Source of the DNA: an uncultured Candidatus Saccharibacteria bacterium | Lineage (GTDB): Bacteria > Patescibacteriota > Andersenbacteria > UBA10190 | Direction: 5' to 3' | Assembly (NCBI GenBank): GCA_964610055.1 | Contig: CAZSUC010000001.1 | Span: forward strand, 588,977 to 652,976 | Length of the DNA stretch: 64,000 bases | Part shown: one piece after another, positions 31,660-39,895 of the stretch | Layout: every line of letters starts with the position of its first letter | Position numbering within the stretch: the first letter of the stretch is position 1 | The notes under the pieces: generated by a model | Told to the model about the DNA's origin: nothing | What the model saw: the letters and a program-made list of their open reading frames with translations, nothing else | The model's database searches: none | Position numbers and translations under genes: made by a program

Positions 31660-33930
31660 ATGTCGCCTTTTTCTCGTCCTTACTTTGCCTTATTAATTGT
31701 TAGCGCTTTAGCGCTCTGGCCGCTTTTTTTCGGCCGTTTTTACGGTATTGGCGATACACGCTCCGTTTATATTCCCATCGAGCATTTTTTTGCTGAGCAA
31801 CAACGGCACTTTAATTTACCGGCCTGGATGCCAGACACTGCTTGGGGTTTTCCGGTAATTGCTTCTGCTCAAATCGGTTTCTTTTATCCGCCTCTTTTAC
31901 TGACACGCTTCTTACCTATCTTTATTTACCTGCCGTTATTACTCTGGCTCCACATCTTTTTTCTCGGTATCGGCGCCTATCGTTTGGCCCGAACCCTAAA
32001 TATTAGTCAAAACGGCGCCCTGATTACCGCCCTATCCATTGCTCTTAACGCCTTTCTTTGGCAGCACTTAACCCACCTAAACATTATTTTTGCTTTGGCT
32101 TGGTTTCCTTGGCAATTACTCGCCGCTCATTACTTAGCCAGATCACATCGACCTAATTTCAAACAATTTGCCGGCTTAGTTTTCACTTTAGGCCTCCCGT
32201 TTTTAGCTGGCCAACTTCAAGTTCCTTTTCTCACCGCTCTTTTCTCTACCATTTATTATTTCGTTTCTTTACCCAAAAAGCCTTTCCCCTCTCGACATCT
32301 CCTCATTTTCCTCGGCGCAACTCTTTTGACTATTACTCTCACCGCCGTCCAAACATTTCCCACCCTAGAGCTCACATTCCTTTCCAGCCGTGGATCAACT
32401 AATGAATTTTCTTTGGAACGAGCTAATCAACATAGTTTTCCTATTTATCATCTACCCACCTTACTTTTTCCACGCTTTTTCGGCTCAGATAATACTTATT
32501 GGGGGAAACGTATTGAAATAGAATACGGCTTTTTCTTCGGCGTCATTCCGCTATGCCTCAGCTTTATTGCTATATTCAACAAATCACGTCGTTACCGTTT
32601 CTGGATTATCAGCGGCTTCATAGCTTTTCTGTTAAGCCTGGGCGAATTTTCTCCTTTTCGCTTAGTTGGCTTAGAGCCATCGCTCTGGTACTTTTCTGCT
32701 CCCGCCCGTTGGCTATTCTTCACCGTTTTTTCTGGATCAATCCTTGCTGGTTTTGGTTATGATCTTTTGCCTAATATCTCACCTCGTTACCTGCGCATCC
32801 TTAAATCAACTATTGTAACCATATTAAGCTGCGTCATTTTATATAATCTCGTCCTTTGGCTCTTGCCGGAAAATTTTGCTTCTTATGTTCTAACCTGGTT
32901 GCAATCACAAAATCTCACCGGCGCTCGCGATTCAGCCTATTATTTAGATAAGATTAATTCCTTACTCTCCTCTGCAAAACACACGGGCTTATCACTTGCT
33001 TCGCCATATACTTACATCACTCTCATTCCTTTGCTCGCCATTCCATGGCTCTTCCAAAAACATCACTCGTGGCTTATTCCTCTCACAGCTATTGAACTCA
33101 TCTTAATTGCCAGTACGGCCAATCCAAGTGTTACTTGGTCCAATATTCTAACTCCTCCTGCCAGCATCTCTGCCCTTCCTCAAAGTGTTACCAGCGATCA
33201 CGCTCGCATCATTTCAATCTCAGCTCCCGGCGATACAGGGCTTTGGCTAACTAACCCTGAAACCCGTGCCGATACCGCTCGTCGCGAACAATATCGTCAA
33301 CAACTCGAACCACTCACTCACTCACTTTTTAATCTTGCCGGTTCTCAATGGCCCGCCTCGCTGGATCTACAATCTCAGGCACATACTTTAGAAAATTTAC
33401 TCGAATCACGCCAAGATCAACTATACATTGATTCTGACAAAGCCGCTGCTCTCAATATCGGTGCTGCCTTAATTGCCAACGAAGCTCCCCACACTGTTTC
33501 AGAAGTACTACCCCAAAATATTGCACCGAATATCTTCTTGTATTCCTTCTCTCCTCAACCTCGCGCTTCTCTTTTAACTGAAGACCAAACCGAATTAGCG
33601 CTTCCATACGACAACACTAATCCTAATCACCAAACTTATACCCTCTCATCATCTACTCCCGCGACCCTTATTATTCGCGACACCTGGTACCCTGGTTGGC
33701 AAGCCACACTTGACGACCAACCCGTTAACATTGATACCTATAACAATATTTTCCGTTCTGTTTCGGTTCCCTCCGGATCACATACCGTTTCTTTCACCTA
33801 TCATCCTACTTGGCTTTATTACGGTCTAGCTATTTCGCTTACCACTCTTGGTTTTCTAATATTTGTGCTGATGTACAATAATCATATCTACACTGTTCCC
33901 TTTATTTTAAGGAGGAAGACCATTGGCTGA
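31660..33930 (+). CDS. YfhO-family polytopic membrane protein
   Basis: 756 aa. Contains NLPAWMPDTAWGFPVIASAQIGFFYP, and the C-terminal RDTWYPGWQATLDDQPVNIDTYNNIFRSVSVPSGSHTVSFTYHP plus a terminal TM. Confidence 0.75.
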   Translation: MSPFSRPYFALLIVSALALWPLFFGRFYGIGDTRSVYIPIEHFFAEQQRHFNLPAWMPDTAWGFPVIASAQIGFFYPPLLLTRFLPIFIYLPLLLWLHIFFLGIGAYRLARTLNISQNGALITALSIALNAFLWQHLTHLNIIFALAWFPWQLLAAHYLARSHRPNFKQFAGLVFTLGLPFLAGQLQVPFLTALFSTIYYFVSLPKKPFPSRHLLIFLGATLLTITLTAVQTFPTLELTFLSSRGSTNEFSLERANQHSFPIYHLPTLLFPRFFGSDNTYWGKRIEIEYGFFFGVIPLCLSFIAIFNKSRRYRFWIISGFIAFLLSLGEFSPFRLVGLEPSLWYFSAPARWLFFTVFSGSILAGFGYDLLPNISPRYLRILKSTIVTILSCVILYNLVLWLLPENFASYVLTWLQSQNLTGARDSAYYLDKINSLLSSAKHTGLSLASPYTYITLIPLLAIPWLFQKHHSWLIPLTAIELILIASTANPSVTWSNILTPPASISALPQSVTSDHARIISISAPGDTGLWLTNPETRADTARREQYRQQLEPLTHSLFNLAGSQWPASLDLQSQAHTLENLLESRQDQLYIDSDKAAALNIGAALIANEAPHTVSEVLPQNIAPNIFLYSFSPQPRASLLTEDQTELALPYDNTNPNHQTYTLSSSTPATLIIRDTWYPGWQATLDDQPVNIDTYNNIFRSVSVPSGSHTVSFTYHPTWLYYGLAISLTTLGFLIFVLMYNNHIYTVPFILRRKTIG

Positions 33931-34126
33931 TGACAAAGACCAAGACGAACGAAACCGACGACTTACAGAAGCCCTTGCGCCGTTAGGGCGAGGCGAGCTT
34001 CCTGACGGTACACCCATTGACCTAGCCGCCATCTCTGAACGTGCAAATCGGAAAGCCTGGATTTTTGCGCGCCGGCTTAGAGATAGCGCAGTACGTGACA
34101 ACCGCCGATACAAGGGTCAACACTAG
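33923..34126 (+). CDS. Small hypothetical protein (67 aa), paralog of 34285-34476
   Basis: TTG start lies 7 nt after GGAGG (33911-33915). It shares ERNRRLTEALAPL...IDLAAISERA with the second copy, and a perfect terminator follows. Confidence 0.5.
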   Translation: MADDKDQDERNRRLTEALAPLGRGELPDGTPIDLAAISERANRKAWIFARRLRDSAVRDNRRYKGQH

Positions 34127-34141
34127 CCCACCTCCTTACGT

Positions 34142-34169
34142 CCCGTGCCACATCGGCACGGGCTTTTTT
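34142..34169 (+). terminator. Rho-independent terminator
   Basis: CCCGTGCC-acatc-GGCACGGG forms a perfect 8-bp stem, followed by C and T6. Confidence 0.7.
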
Positions 34170-34284
34170 ACAATTTATTCCGTCCCAGTCTCTCATACCG
34201 GTATAAAATTTCTACTTTTGTAGATCGATATAGTATATTAACTTTATCTTTTGTTCCCTTCACTTTTAGTAGGAGGATAAACCG

Positions 34285-34476
34285 TTGGATAATGAAAACG
34301 AACGAAACCGACAACTTACCGTGGCTCTCAATCCATTAAGGACAGGTCTATCATTATCTGACCTCTCCGCAATCGCTGACCATGCCACAGACGACGCCAT
34401 GTCGCATGCCAAAGCAGTTCGTTCAGGAACAGCAAGGACCAGAGCTAAACACAGGTTAGGCCCATACAAAGGCTGA
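34285..34476 (+). CDS. Small hypothetical protein (63 aa), paralog of 33923-34126
   Basis: TTG start lies 8 nt after GGAGG (34272-34276). It carries ERNRQLTVALNPL...LSDLSAIADHA. A 20-nt stretch, gaacgaaaccgacNacttac, is shared between the two copies (33947-33966 and 34300-34319). Confidence 0.5.
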   Translation: MDNENERNRQLTVALNPLRTGLSLSDLSAIADHATDDAMSHAKAVRSGTARTRAKHRLGPYKG

Positions 34477-34509
34477 CCTTTGCGCACCATCACAGTCAGG
34501 AGAATTTTC

Positions 34510-34788
34510 ATGGCAGCAGAAACTTATCATTTCATCCTTTTAGGAAGCCCTCTCTCACGAACAGACTTCCTTAATCCGCTTAAAAGGCGGATACAATTCG
34601 ACATGGGCAAGACAGCTCTCGCTCAAGTCCCAGGCATACGTTTCGGTACCGAATTTCCTATTGCTTGCGCCGTAACCATCACCTGCCCGCGAGAATCACT
34701 GCCAGAACTCCACCGGATCATGACTGAACACAGTTTTCAAGAAGGTAGCCAGGAGATTTCAATCAAAACAGCCAGAGAAATCGCCTAA
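34510..34788 (+). CDS. Hypothetical protein (92 aa)
   Basis: ATG 34510 lies 7 nt after AGGAG (34498-34502). No recognisable motif. A terminator follows. Confidence 0.5.
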   Translation: MAAETYHFILLGSPLSRTDFLNPLKRRIQFDMGKTALAQVPGIRFGTEFPIACAVTITCPRESLPELHRIMTEHSFQEGSQEISIKTAREIA

Positions 34789-34814
34789 CACACCTCCTCC
34801 TTCATCATCCTACT

Positions 34815-34841
34815 CCACCAAGCCAGTCTTGGTGGATTTTT
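34815..34841 (+). terminator. Rho-independent terminator of the small-gene unit
   Basis: CCACCAAG-ccagt-CTTGGTGG forms a perfect 8-bp stem followed by ATTTTT. The U-tract overlaps the stop codon of the convergent ATPase gene. Confidence 0.65.
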
Positions 34842-36135
34842 ATATCCACATCCTATCAATCAATTCTCGCGGTTGTCCGTACCGTAATCGATTTACCGCC
34901 TGCACCTCTACCTTCCCTATAGCCGTTTCTAAACTTAACGGCGGCAAACTCTGCCCCCGAAATGCTCGGTACGTAATTCCGGCCTGAGTCAGACGGATAA
35001 AAAAGTGATATGGCGGCAAGTCCTGAAAATCCTCCACTTGAATCGCCTGCCCCTTATCCCACGATGTTTGCTGAAAGGCCGGCAGTAACGCTTCCGCATC
35101 ATTTGCCCCTATTTGAAAAGCCACCAACGTTCCTACATTACCCAACACCGCCTCTCGCACCTCGTCAGTTAATTGCGCCACATACTGATTAGTTAAATGC
35201 ACAGCTAATCCGTACTTGCGCGCTTCCGACAACATAGAAATGAATGTTTCCGTCATCACATTCTGAAATTCATCGACGTATAAATAAAAGGGAACCCTGT
35301 CTTCGACCGGCATATCGGCACGACGCATTATCGCCGCCTGTAACTTTGCCATCAAAATCAATCCCAACATATATGAATTTAATTCTCCCAGTCTTCCTTT
35401 AGACAAATTCACAATCAAAATTTTGCCATGATTCACAATCTCATCAAACGCCAAAGCATTGCGCTTCTGACCGATGATATTGCGCATCGTCGTATTTGTC
35501 ATAAAGCGACCAAACTTGGAAGTAAAATAATTCAACATTTCCGAGCGATGAAACTGCGCGGTTTTTGCCATCTGCTCTTCCCAAAATGACAATACGACCC
35601 GATCTCGCACATGGCGACGTTTTTCTTGCTCAAATTTTTCATCCGTAAATAAGCGCGGAATCTCAATCAAAGTTCCGCCCGCCGGATCGGCCATAACTGT
35701 TAAAGCCGCATTTCGCATCCAGTGTTCAAACTGCGGCCCAATAATTCCCTGCTGATCCGGATCAAATAGTTTATAAAATATCTGAATCGCCTCGGCCACC
35801 AAAAAATCTTTCTCACTTTCAGTTTTACCATCCAATAAGTTCAAGCCTAATGGCCATTCCGTATCAGCCGGATCAAACAACACTACATCATCCAACCGCT
35901 CCGCCGGAATATTATTTAACAGCCAATCGCACACTTCTCCATGCGGATCAACAAAACAACACCCCGCCCCAGCCTGAATATCCTGCAAAATCATATTTTG
36001 ATACAAAGTCGATTTACCCGTCCCAGTTTTTCCAATGCAATACATATGTCGCATCCGATCTTGCGGTGCTGTTTGAATACTGCGCATTTGATTGCGAAAT
36101 TCAGCGTGTCCAATTACATTCATTCTTTCTGTCAT
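34840..36135 (-). CDS. Soluble FtsK/HerA-superfamily P-loop ATPase, TraD/VirD4 (type IV coupling protein)-like
   Basis: Walker A CIGKTGTGKST, then FVDPHGE, Walker B FYLYVDEFQ, and the C-terminal LSEARKYGLAVHLTNQYVAQL...LGNVGTLVAFQIGANDAE (TraG/TraD C-terminal-type pattern). No TM segment is visible. Confidence 0.8.
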   Translation of the reverse strand: MTERMNVIGHAEFRNQMRSIQTAPQDRMRHMYCIGKTGTGKSTLYQNMILQDIQAGAGCCFVDPHGEVCDWLLNNIPAERLDDVVLFDPADTEWPLGLNLLDGKTESEKDFLVAEAIQIFYKLFDPDQQGIIGPQFEHWMRNAALTVMADPAGGTLIEIPRLFTDEKFEQEKRRHVRDRVVLSFWEEQMAKTAQFHRSEMLNYFTSKFGRFMTNTTMRNIIGQKRNALAFDEIVNHGKILIVNLSKGRLGELNSYMLGLILMAKLQAAIMRRADMPVEDRVPFYLYVDEFQNVMTETFISMLSEARKYGLAVHLTNQYVAQLTDEVREAVLGNVGTLVAFQIGANDAEALLPAFQQTSWDKGQAIQVEDFQDLPPYHFFIRLTQAGITYRAFRGQSLPPLSLETAIGKVEVQAVNRLRYGQPRELIDRMWI

Positions 36136-36136
36136 T

Positions 36137-36361
36137 TCAGCTCCTTTCTACCATTGTAAAATAATTAGCCGGAATAGGACGTGGCGGCAATCCCGGTCGC
36201 ATCACCATAACTACTTTTGTTTCCACCTTAGCTTCAGACGTAATCTTCACTGTCCGCCGCCATGCTTCCAAACGGTTTTTAATTACTCTCTGCGTTTCTA
36301 TTGGCAGCCAATGCTTAATTCGCTCATACTCCTCTTCTACTTTGTGTAATTTTGCTATCAT
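36137..36361 (-). CDS. Small hypothetical protein (74 aa)
   Basis: ATG 36361 overlaps the upstream TGA (ATGA), and its own stop lies 1 nt before the next ATG. This translationally coupled position is the main evidence. Confidence 0.55.
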   Translation of the reverse strand: MIAKLHKVEEEYERIKHWLPIETQRVIKNRLEAWRRTVKITSEAKVETKVVMVMRPGLPPRPIPANYFTMVERS

Positions 36362-38043
36362 ATTGTTTCTTTCATCATCCATTGCCCGATCGCTGATTCC
36401 GCCGTTTGTTCTAGCCATCTTTTCAACGGCCTAACCCCGAACCGCGGATCATATTTCTGCTCAATGTGTTGTCTAATCATATTATCCGACATCGACAAAT
36501 TAACTCCCAAATGACTGAATCGTCTTTCAATCTTCTGTAGTTCCAACCGTCCGATCATCACTAAAGTTTCCGGCGCAAACGGAGCAAAAACAGCAATTCC
36601 CTCAAACCGATTCAAAAACTCCCACCGAAAATATTTAGTCAGCAATGGCAACATCCGCCGACTTAACCATTCCGCACTTGTTACATCCTCTCCTGCCTGC
36701 CAATCAGTCACAATTTCACTTATCCCTATATTCGAAGTCGCCACAATCACGGTTTTCCGGAAATCGATTGTTCGTCCTTGCCCATCAGTTAAACGCCCAT
36801 CTTCTAACACTTGTAAAAAAATATCAAACACCGCTTTATCGGCTTTTTCAATTTCATCCAATAAAACTAACGAATATGGCCTTTGTTGTACTGGATTAGT
36901 TAATTGACCACCACTCTCATACCCAACATAACCAGGTGGCGCACCAATTAAACGCTGTACATTATGTGCTTCCTGGTATTCCGACATATCAACCCTTACC
37001 ATCGCCTTATCTCCGCCGTACAATTCTCGCGCCAACACACGCGCCACCTCTGTTTTACCGACTCCGGATGGACCTAAAAACAAAAATGAACCCAATGGTC
37101 GATCCGGATTCTTCAATCCTAACCATGACCTTTCGATTACTTTTGTTACCATATTTACTGCTTGATCCTGACCAATGACCTGCGCTGCTAATCTACCCCC
37201 CAACCCAGCAATGGCCTTCCTATCTCGCGTTTGAACTTTTATTGTCGACATCCCCAACTTATCACTCAAAACCCGCTGCGCATCTTCATATGCCACAATC
37301 CTCCGCCCCTGCACCACCGCCTCCGCTCCAATGTCATCTAAAAACCTAATTGCCCGTTCGGGCATCGCTAAGCTCGCTGGTAACTGACTCGCTAAATCAT
37401 AGATTGCTTCCGGCATATTAGCAGCCATCTTAATATTATGTTTGAATCCAAAATAAGCGGCGCGATCTCTTAAAATTTCCACCACATCTGCTTTTCCTAA
37501 TTCATCTAATCGAATCCATTCGAACTCACGTACATACTTCGGATAATTTTCCTTAAATTTTATTTCTCCTTCTAACGACAACGCTAACACTAATCTATGC
37601 CTCTGTTTCTGCCAAAACTTACTCCACACATCCGCCATCTGCGCTGTATTCATCACATACTCCAACAGCACCTCTGCCTTATCAATCACCAAAATACAGG
37701 CTGGTAGCGCTCCTAGTGCTTCTCCGTAAAGCCGTAATTTCGCGGCCGGATCATGCGCTCGATTCATTTTTTCCTGCCACCATTTCAAATCTAACTCCAG
37801 AATTGGTGTTTGAATTATCCCCTGCAAACTGCCTTTGACCGCCGCCTGCGCCAACCCTCTCAACAACGCTGTTTTGCCTACTCCTTCTCCTCCTGTCACC
37901 ACCACGTTATTCATTTGATCACGCTCAAATACTCGCGCCATCAAACTCAACTCTCGCTCCCGACCTCTCACTGGCCACTGACGAACTTGAGTAGCCTCTC
38001 GCACTAAATCAATTATATGTATTGTTTCTAATCGCTCAGGCAT
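36358..38043 (-). CDS. Clp/Hsp100-family double-AAA+ ATPase, short form (no N-domain, no M-domain, degenerate NBD1)
   Basis: NBD2 is intact: GPSGVGKT, LLDEIEKA, GAPPGYVGYESGGQLT, VIVATSN, FLNRFEGIAVFAPF and GVRPLKRWL. NBD1 keeps Walker A GGEGVGKT, but Walker B reads ILVIDKAE (E replaced by K) and the KYRGEFE-type pore loop is absent. 561 aa. Confidence 0.85.
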   Translation of the reverse strand: MPERLETIHIIDLVREATQVRQWPVRGRERELSLMARVFERDQMNNVVVTGGEGVGKTALLRGLAQAAVKGSLQGIIQTPILELDLKWWQEKMNRAHDPAAKLRLYGEALGALPACILVIDKAEVLLEYVMNTAQMADVWSKFWQKQRHRLVLALSLEGEIKFKENYPKYVREFEWIRLDELGKADVVEILRDRAAYFGFKHNIKMAANMPEAIYDLASQLPASLAMPERAIRFLDDIGAEAVVQGRRIVAYEDAQRVLSDKLGMSTIKVQTRDRKAIAGLGGRLAAQVIGQDQAVNMVTKVIERSWLGLKNPDRPLGSFLFLGPSGVGKTEVARVLARELYGGDKAMVRVDMSEYQEAHNVQRLIGAPPGYVGYESGGQLTNPVQQRPYSLVLLDEIEKADKAVFDIFLQVLEDGRLTDGQGRTIDFRKTVIVATSNIGISEIVTDWQAGEDVTSAEWLSRRMLPLLTKYFRWEFLNRFEGIAVFAPFAPETLVMIGRLELQKIERRFSHLGVNLSMSDNMIRQHIEQKYDPRFGVRPLKRWLEQTAESAIGQWMMKETI

Positions 38044-38044
38044 A

Positions 38045-39895
38045 TTAGACCATCATTGTCCGATTAACAGTTGTGCCACCCGTAATCTGACTGGATCTTA
38101 TCGTTCCTTCCTCTTCATCTTCTGTTCCTATAATTATCCCGCCACGATGACGCGCTTCTGCCGCTAACTCAATCTCTGTCCCTCTTTGCTTAATCTGACC
38201 AACATAATTATCTAAATCTACTCGCCAACCCGGCTTCTCTCTTTCATTTCTCCAATTTTCTCTTTCCGCCTCTGCTCTCCATTCATATCCAACCGGACCA
38301 TCTGTCACTTGCTCTAAACTATCCGGCTTCGTTTTCGCCTCATAAAAACGATACCTAACTGCATCCCCATCTCGCTCCACTACCGTTACATCCAACACTT
38401 CGCCTTTTACCGTACGCTCTCCCGAAAAATACTGCTGTTCTCTGTTTACTGCGCCTCTAATCACTTTTTCTAGCTCTCCTCGCTCTTCCACCGGCCACAA
38501 ATCCATCACACTCTTTTCTATTTGCTCCGGCATCAACGTTAAAGCGACTTTCTCTTCCATATCTAACTCAACATCAATACCCTGAATTTCCTCTCTTCTT
38601 ACCTCCGCCTTATAAACCGTTTCTACCTTCGGGTACTCTTTCTTTTCCCCAACCTTCACATCTACATTCACATCTACATCTATATTCTCTACATTATTTT
38701 CTCTTCCCTTTTCTAAAATCACTGGTCTTTCAGCTATTTTTTTCTCCTCCGTAATCGCAACTTCAACTCTTTCCTTAACTCTCGTAACGCTTTGCTCCGA
38801 TAAAACCTGGTCGGCTTTCACATCCACCGCTTTCGGCACTAGTCCCGGAAACATCTCCTGTAAACTCACTTCTACTTTCCTAGATTCATTTTTCTGTCCT
38901 AAATCAGTTTGCACTACTTCTGGCATTGAAGCAGCTTCTCTTTCCCCCGCATTTACATACTTTATCTCTATGGCTTCACTCGGCGTATTTTCTATCACCC
39001 GTACCTCTCCTGTCTTCGTCTCACCAGGTTCCTCTTGCTTTAACAACTCCTTACGCAACTCCTCATGATTCCAAACTTCTTCTAGCTGCGGCTCTTCAAC
39101 CTGCCTCTGCTCCACAAACACATCAGAATTAATCGTATTTTCAGATGCTTGTTCTTCTAGTTCTTCTCTTTGATCATCTACTTCCACTCTTTCACCAACC
39201 ATATCCATCGCATTTATATAATTTATCTCAATGCCTTCACTCGACGTATTTTCTATCACTTGCACCTCTTCTTCTCTCACCTCATTGCTTTGCTGTTCTT
39301 GTACCACTACCACTTCTTCTCTAACAAGCTCTTCACTTATCTCATCAACCATACTTTCTGCTTGCGCTTCAATCTCTACTTGTTCTACTTGCGCTTCATC
39401 TTCACTGCCTATCCACTCGTCGCTTTCTTCATTCAAATTAACCGGTACTTCACGAAATTGCACTAACATATATTCTGTTTCTCGTTCTCCCCACTCATTC
39501 ACTTCGTCTTTGACCACCACTGCACAACTTTTAAACTCATGATAAGCCACATATCCACTTTTCGCGCCACATAATGTTTCAAATTGCCCTTCTTCATCCA
39601 TTCCTTCACTACTAATCTCCTGATCATTCCAAAATACCCGTCTCTTACCAGTCGCGTCTTCCCTCACCACGCATTTATATGTCTGCGCCATTTCTAGTCT
39701 TTGCCCTGTCCCTTGCTCTAAATCAACTCGAGCTGATTCTAATCTCATTGTCATTCGCTCATGTTCTTCTGTCTGGCGTTCCTTTTCCGATGCTAATTCT
39801 TCTGCTTGAACCTGTACCTCAGATTCAATCTCTTCAACATCCAACATTTCCTCTAGGCTTTCTTCGGTTTCCGCTATGTTTATACTTTCAGGCAT
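38045..39895 (-). CDS. Hyper-acidic repeat-containing protein (616 aa), function unknown
   Basis: ATG 39895 lies 8 nt after AGGAG. The long central region is Glu/Val/Gln-rich with an internal duplication (EVQVIENTSSEGIEINYINA and EVRVIENTPSEAIEIKYVNA). There is no signal peptide or TM segment. Its stop lies 1 nt before the Clp-like gene's start. Confidence 0.75.
   Translation of the reverse strand: MPESINIAETEESLEEMLDVEEIESEVQVQAEELASEKERQTEEHERMTMRLESARVDLEQGTGQRLEMAQTYKCVVREDATGKRRVFWNDQEISSEGMDEEGQFETLCGAKSGYVAYHEFKSCAVVVKDEVNEWGERETEYMLVQFREVPVNLNEESDEWIGSEDEAQVEQVEIEAQAESMVDEISEELVREEVVVVQEQQSNEVREEEVQVIENTSSEGIEINYINAMDMVGERVEVDDQREELEEQASENTINSDVFVEQRQVEEPQLEEVWNHEELRKELLKQEEPGETKTGEVRVIENTPSEAIEIKYVNAGEREAASMPEVVQTDLGQKNESRKVEVSLQEMFPGLVPKAVDVKADQVLSEQSVTRVKERVEVAITEEKKIAERPVILEKGRENNVENIDVDVNVDVKVGEKKEYPKVETVYKAEVRREEIQGIDVELDMEEKVALTLMPEQIEKSVMDLWPVEERGELEKVIRGAVNREQQYFSGERTVKGEVLDVTVVERDGDAVRYRFYEAKTKPDSLEQVTDGPVGYEWRAEAERENWRNEREKPGWRVDLDNYVGQIKQRGTEIELAAEARHRGGIIIGTEDEEEGTIRSSQITGGTTVNRTMMV

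Noticed and set aside
33930-34339. Alternative-frame short peptides from ATG codons in the two repeated small-gene starts (MTKTKTNETDDLQKPLRR and MKTNETDNLPWLSIH).
   Set aside because: The ATGs lie 13-15 nt from the SD, whereas the TTGs lie at 7-8 nt. Similarity between the copies continues along the whole 63-67-aa TTG frames but stops after about 8 residues in the ATG frames.
38640-38700. Short tandem DNA repeat (cacatctacatt / cacatctacatc) that might be a CRISPR-like or regulatory repeat.
   Set aside because: It lies inside the acidic-protein ORF and encodes NIDVDVNVDVKV. It is a coding microrepeat only, with no spacers and no array.
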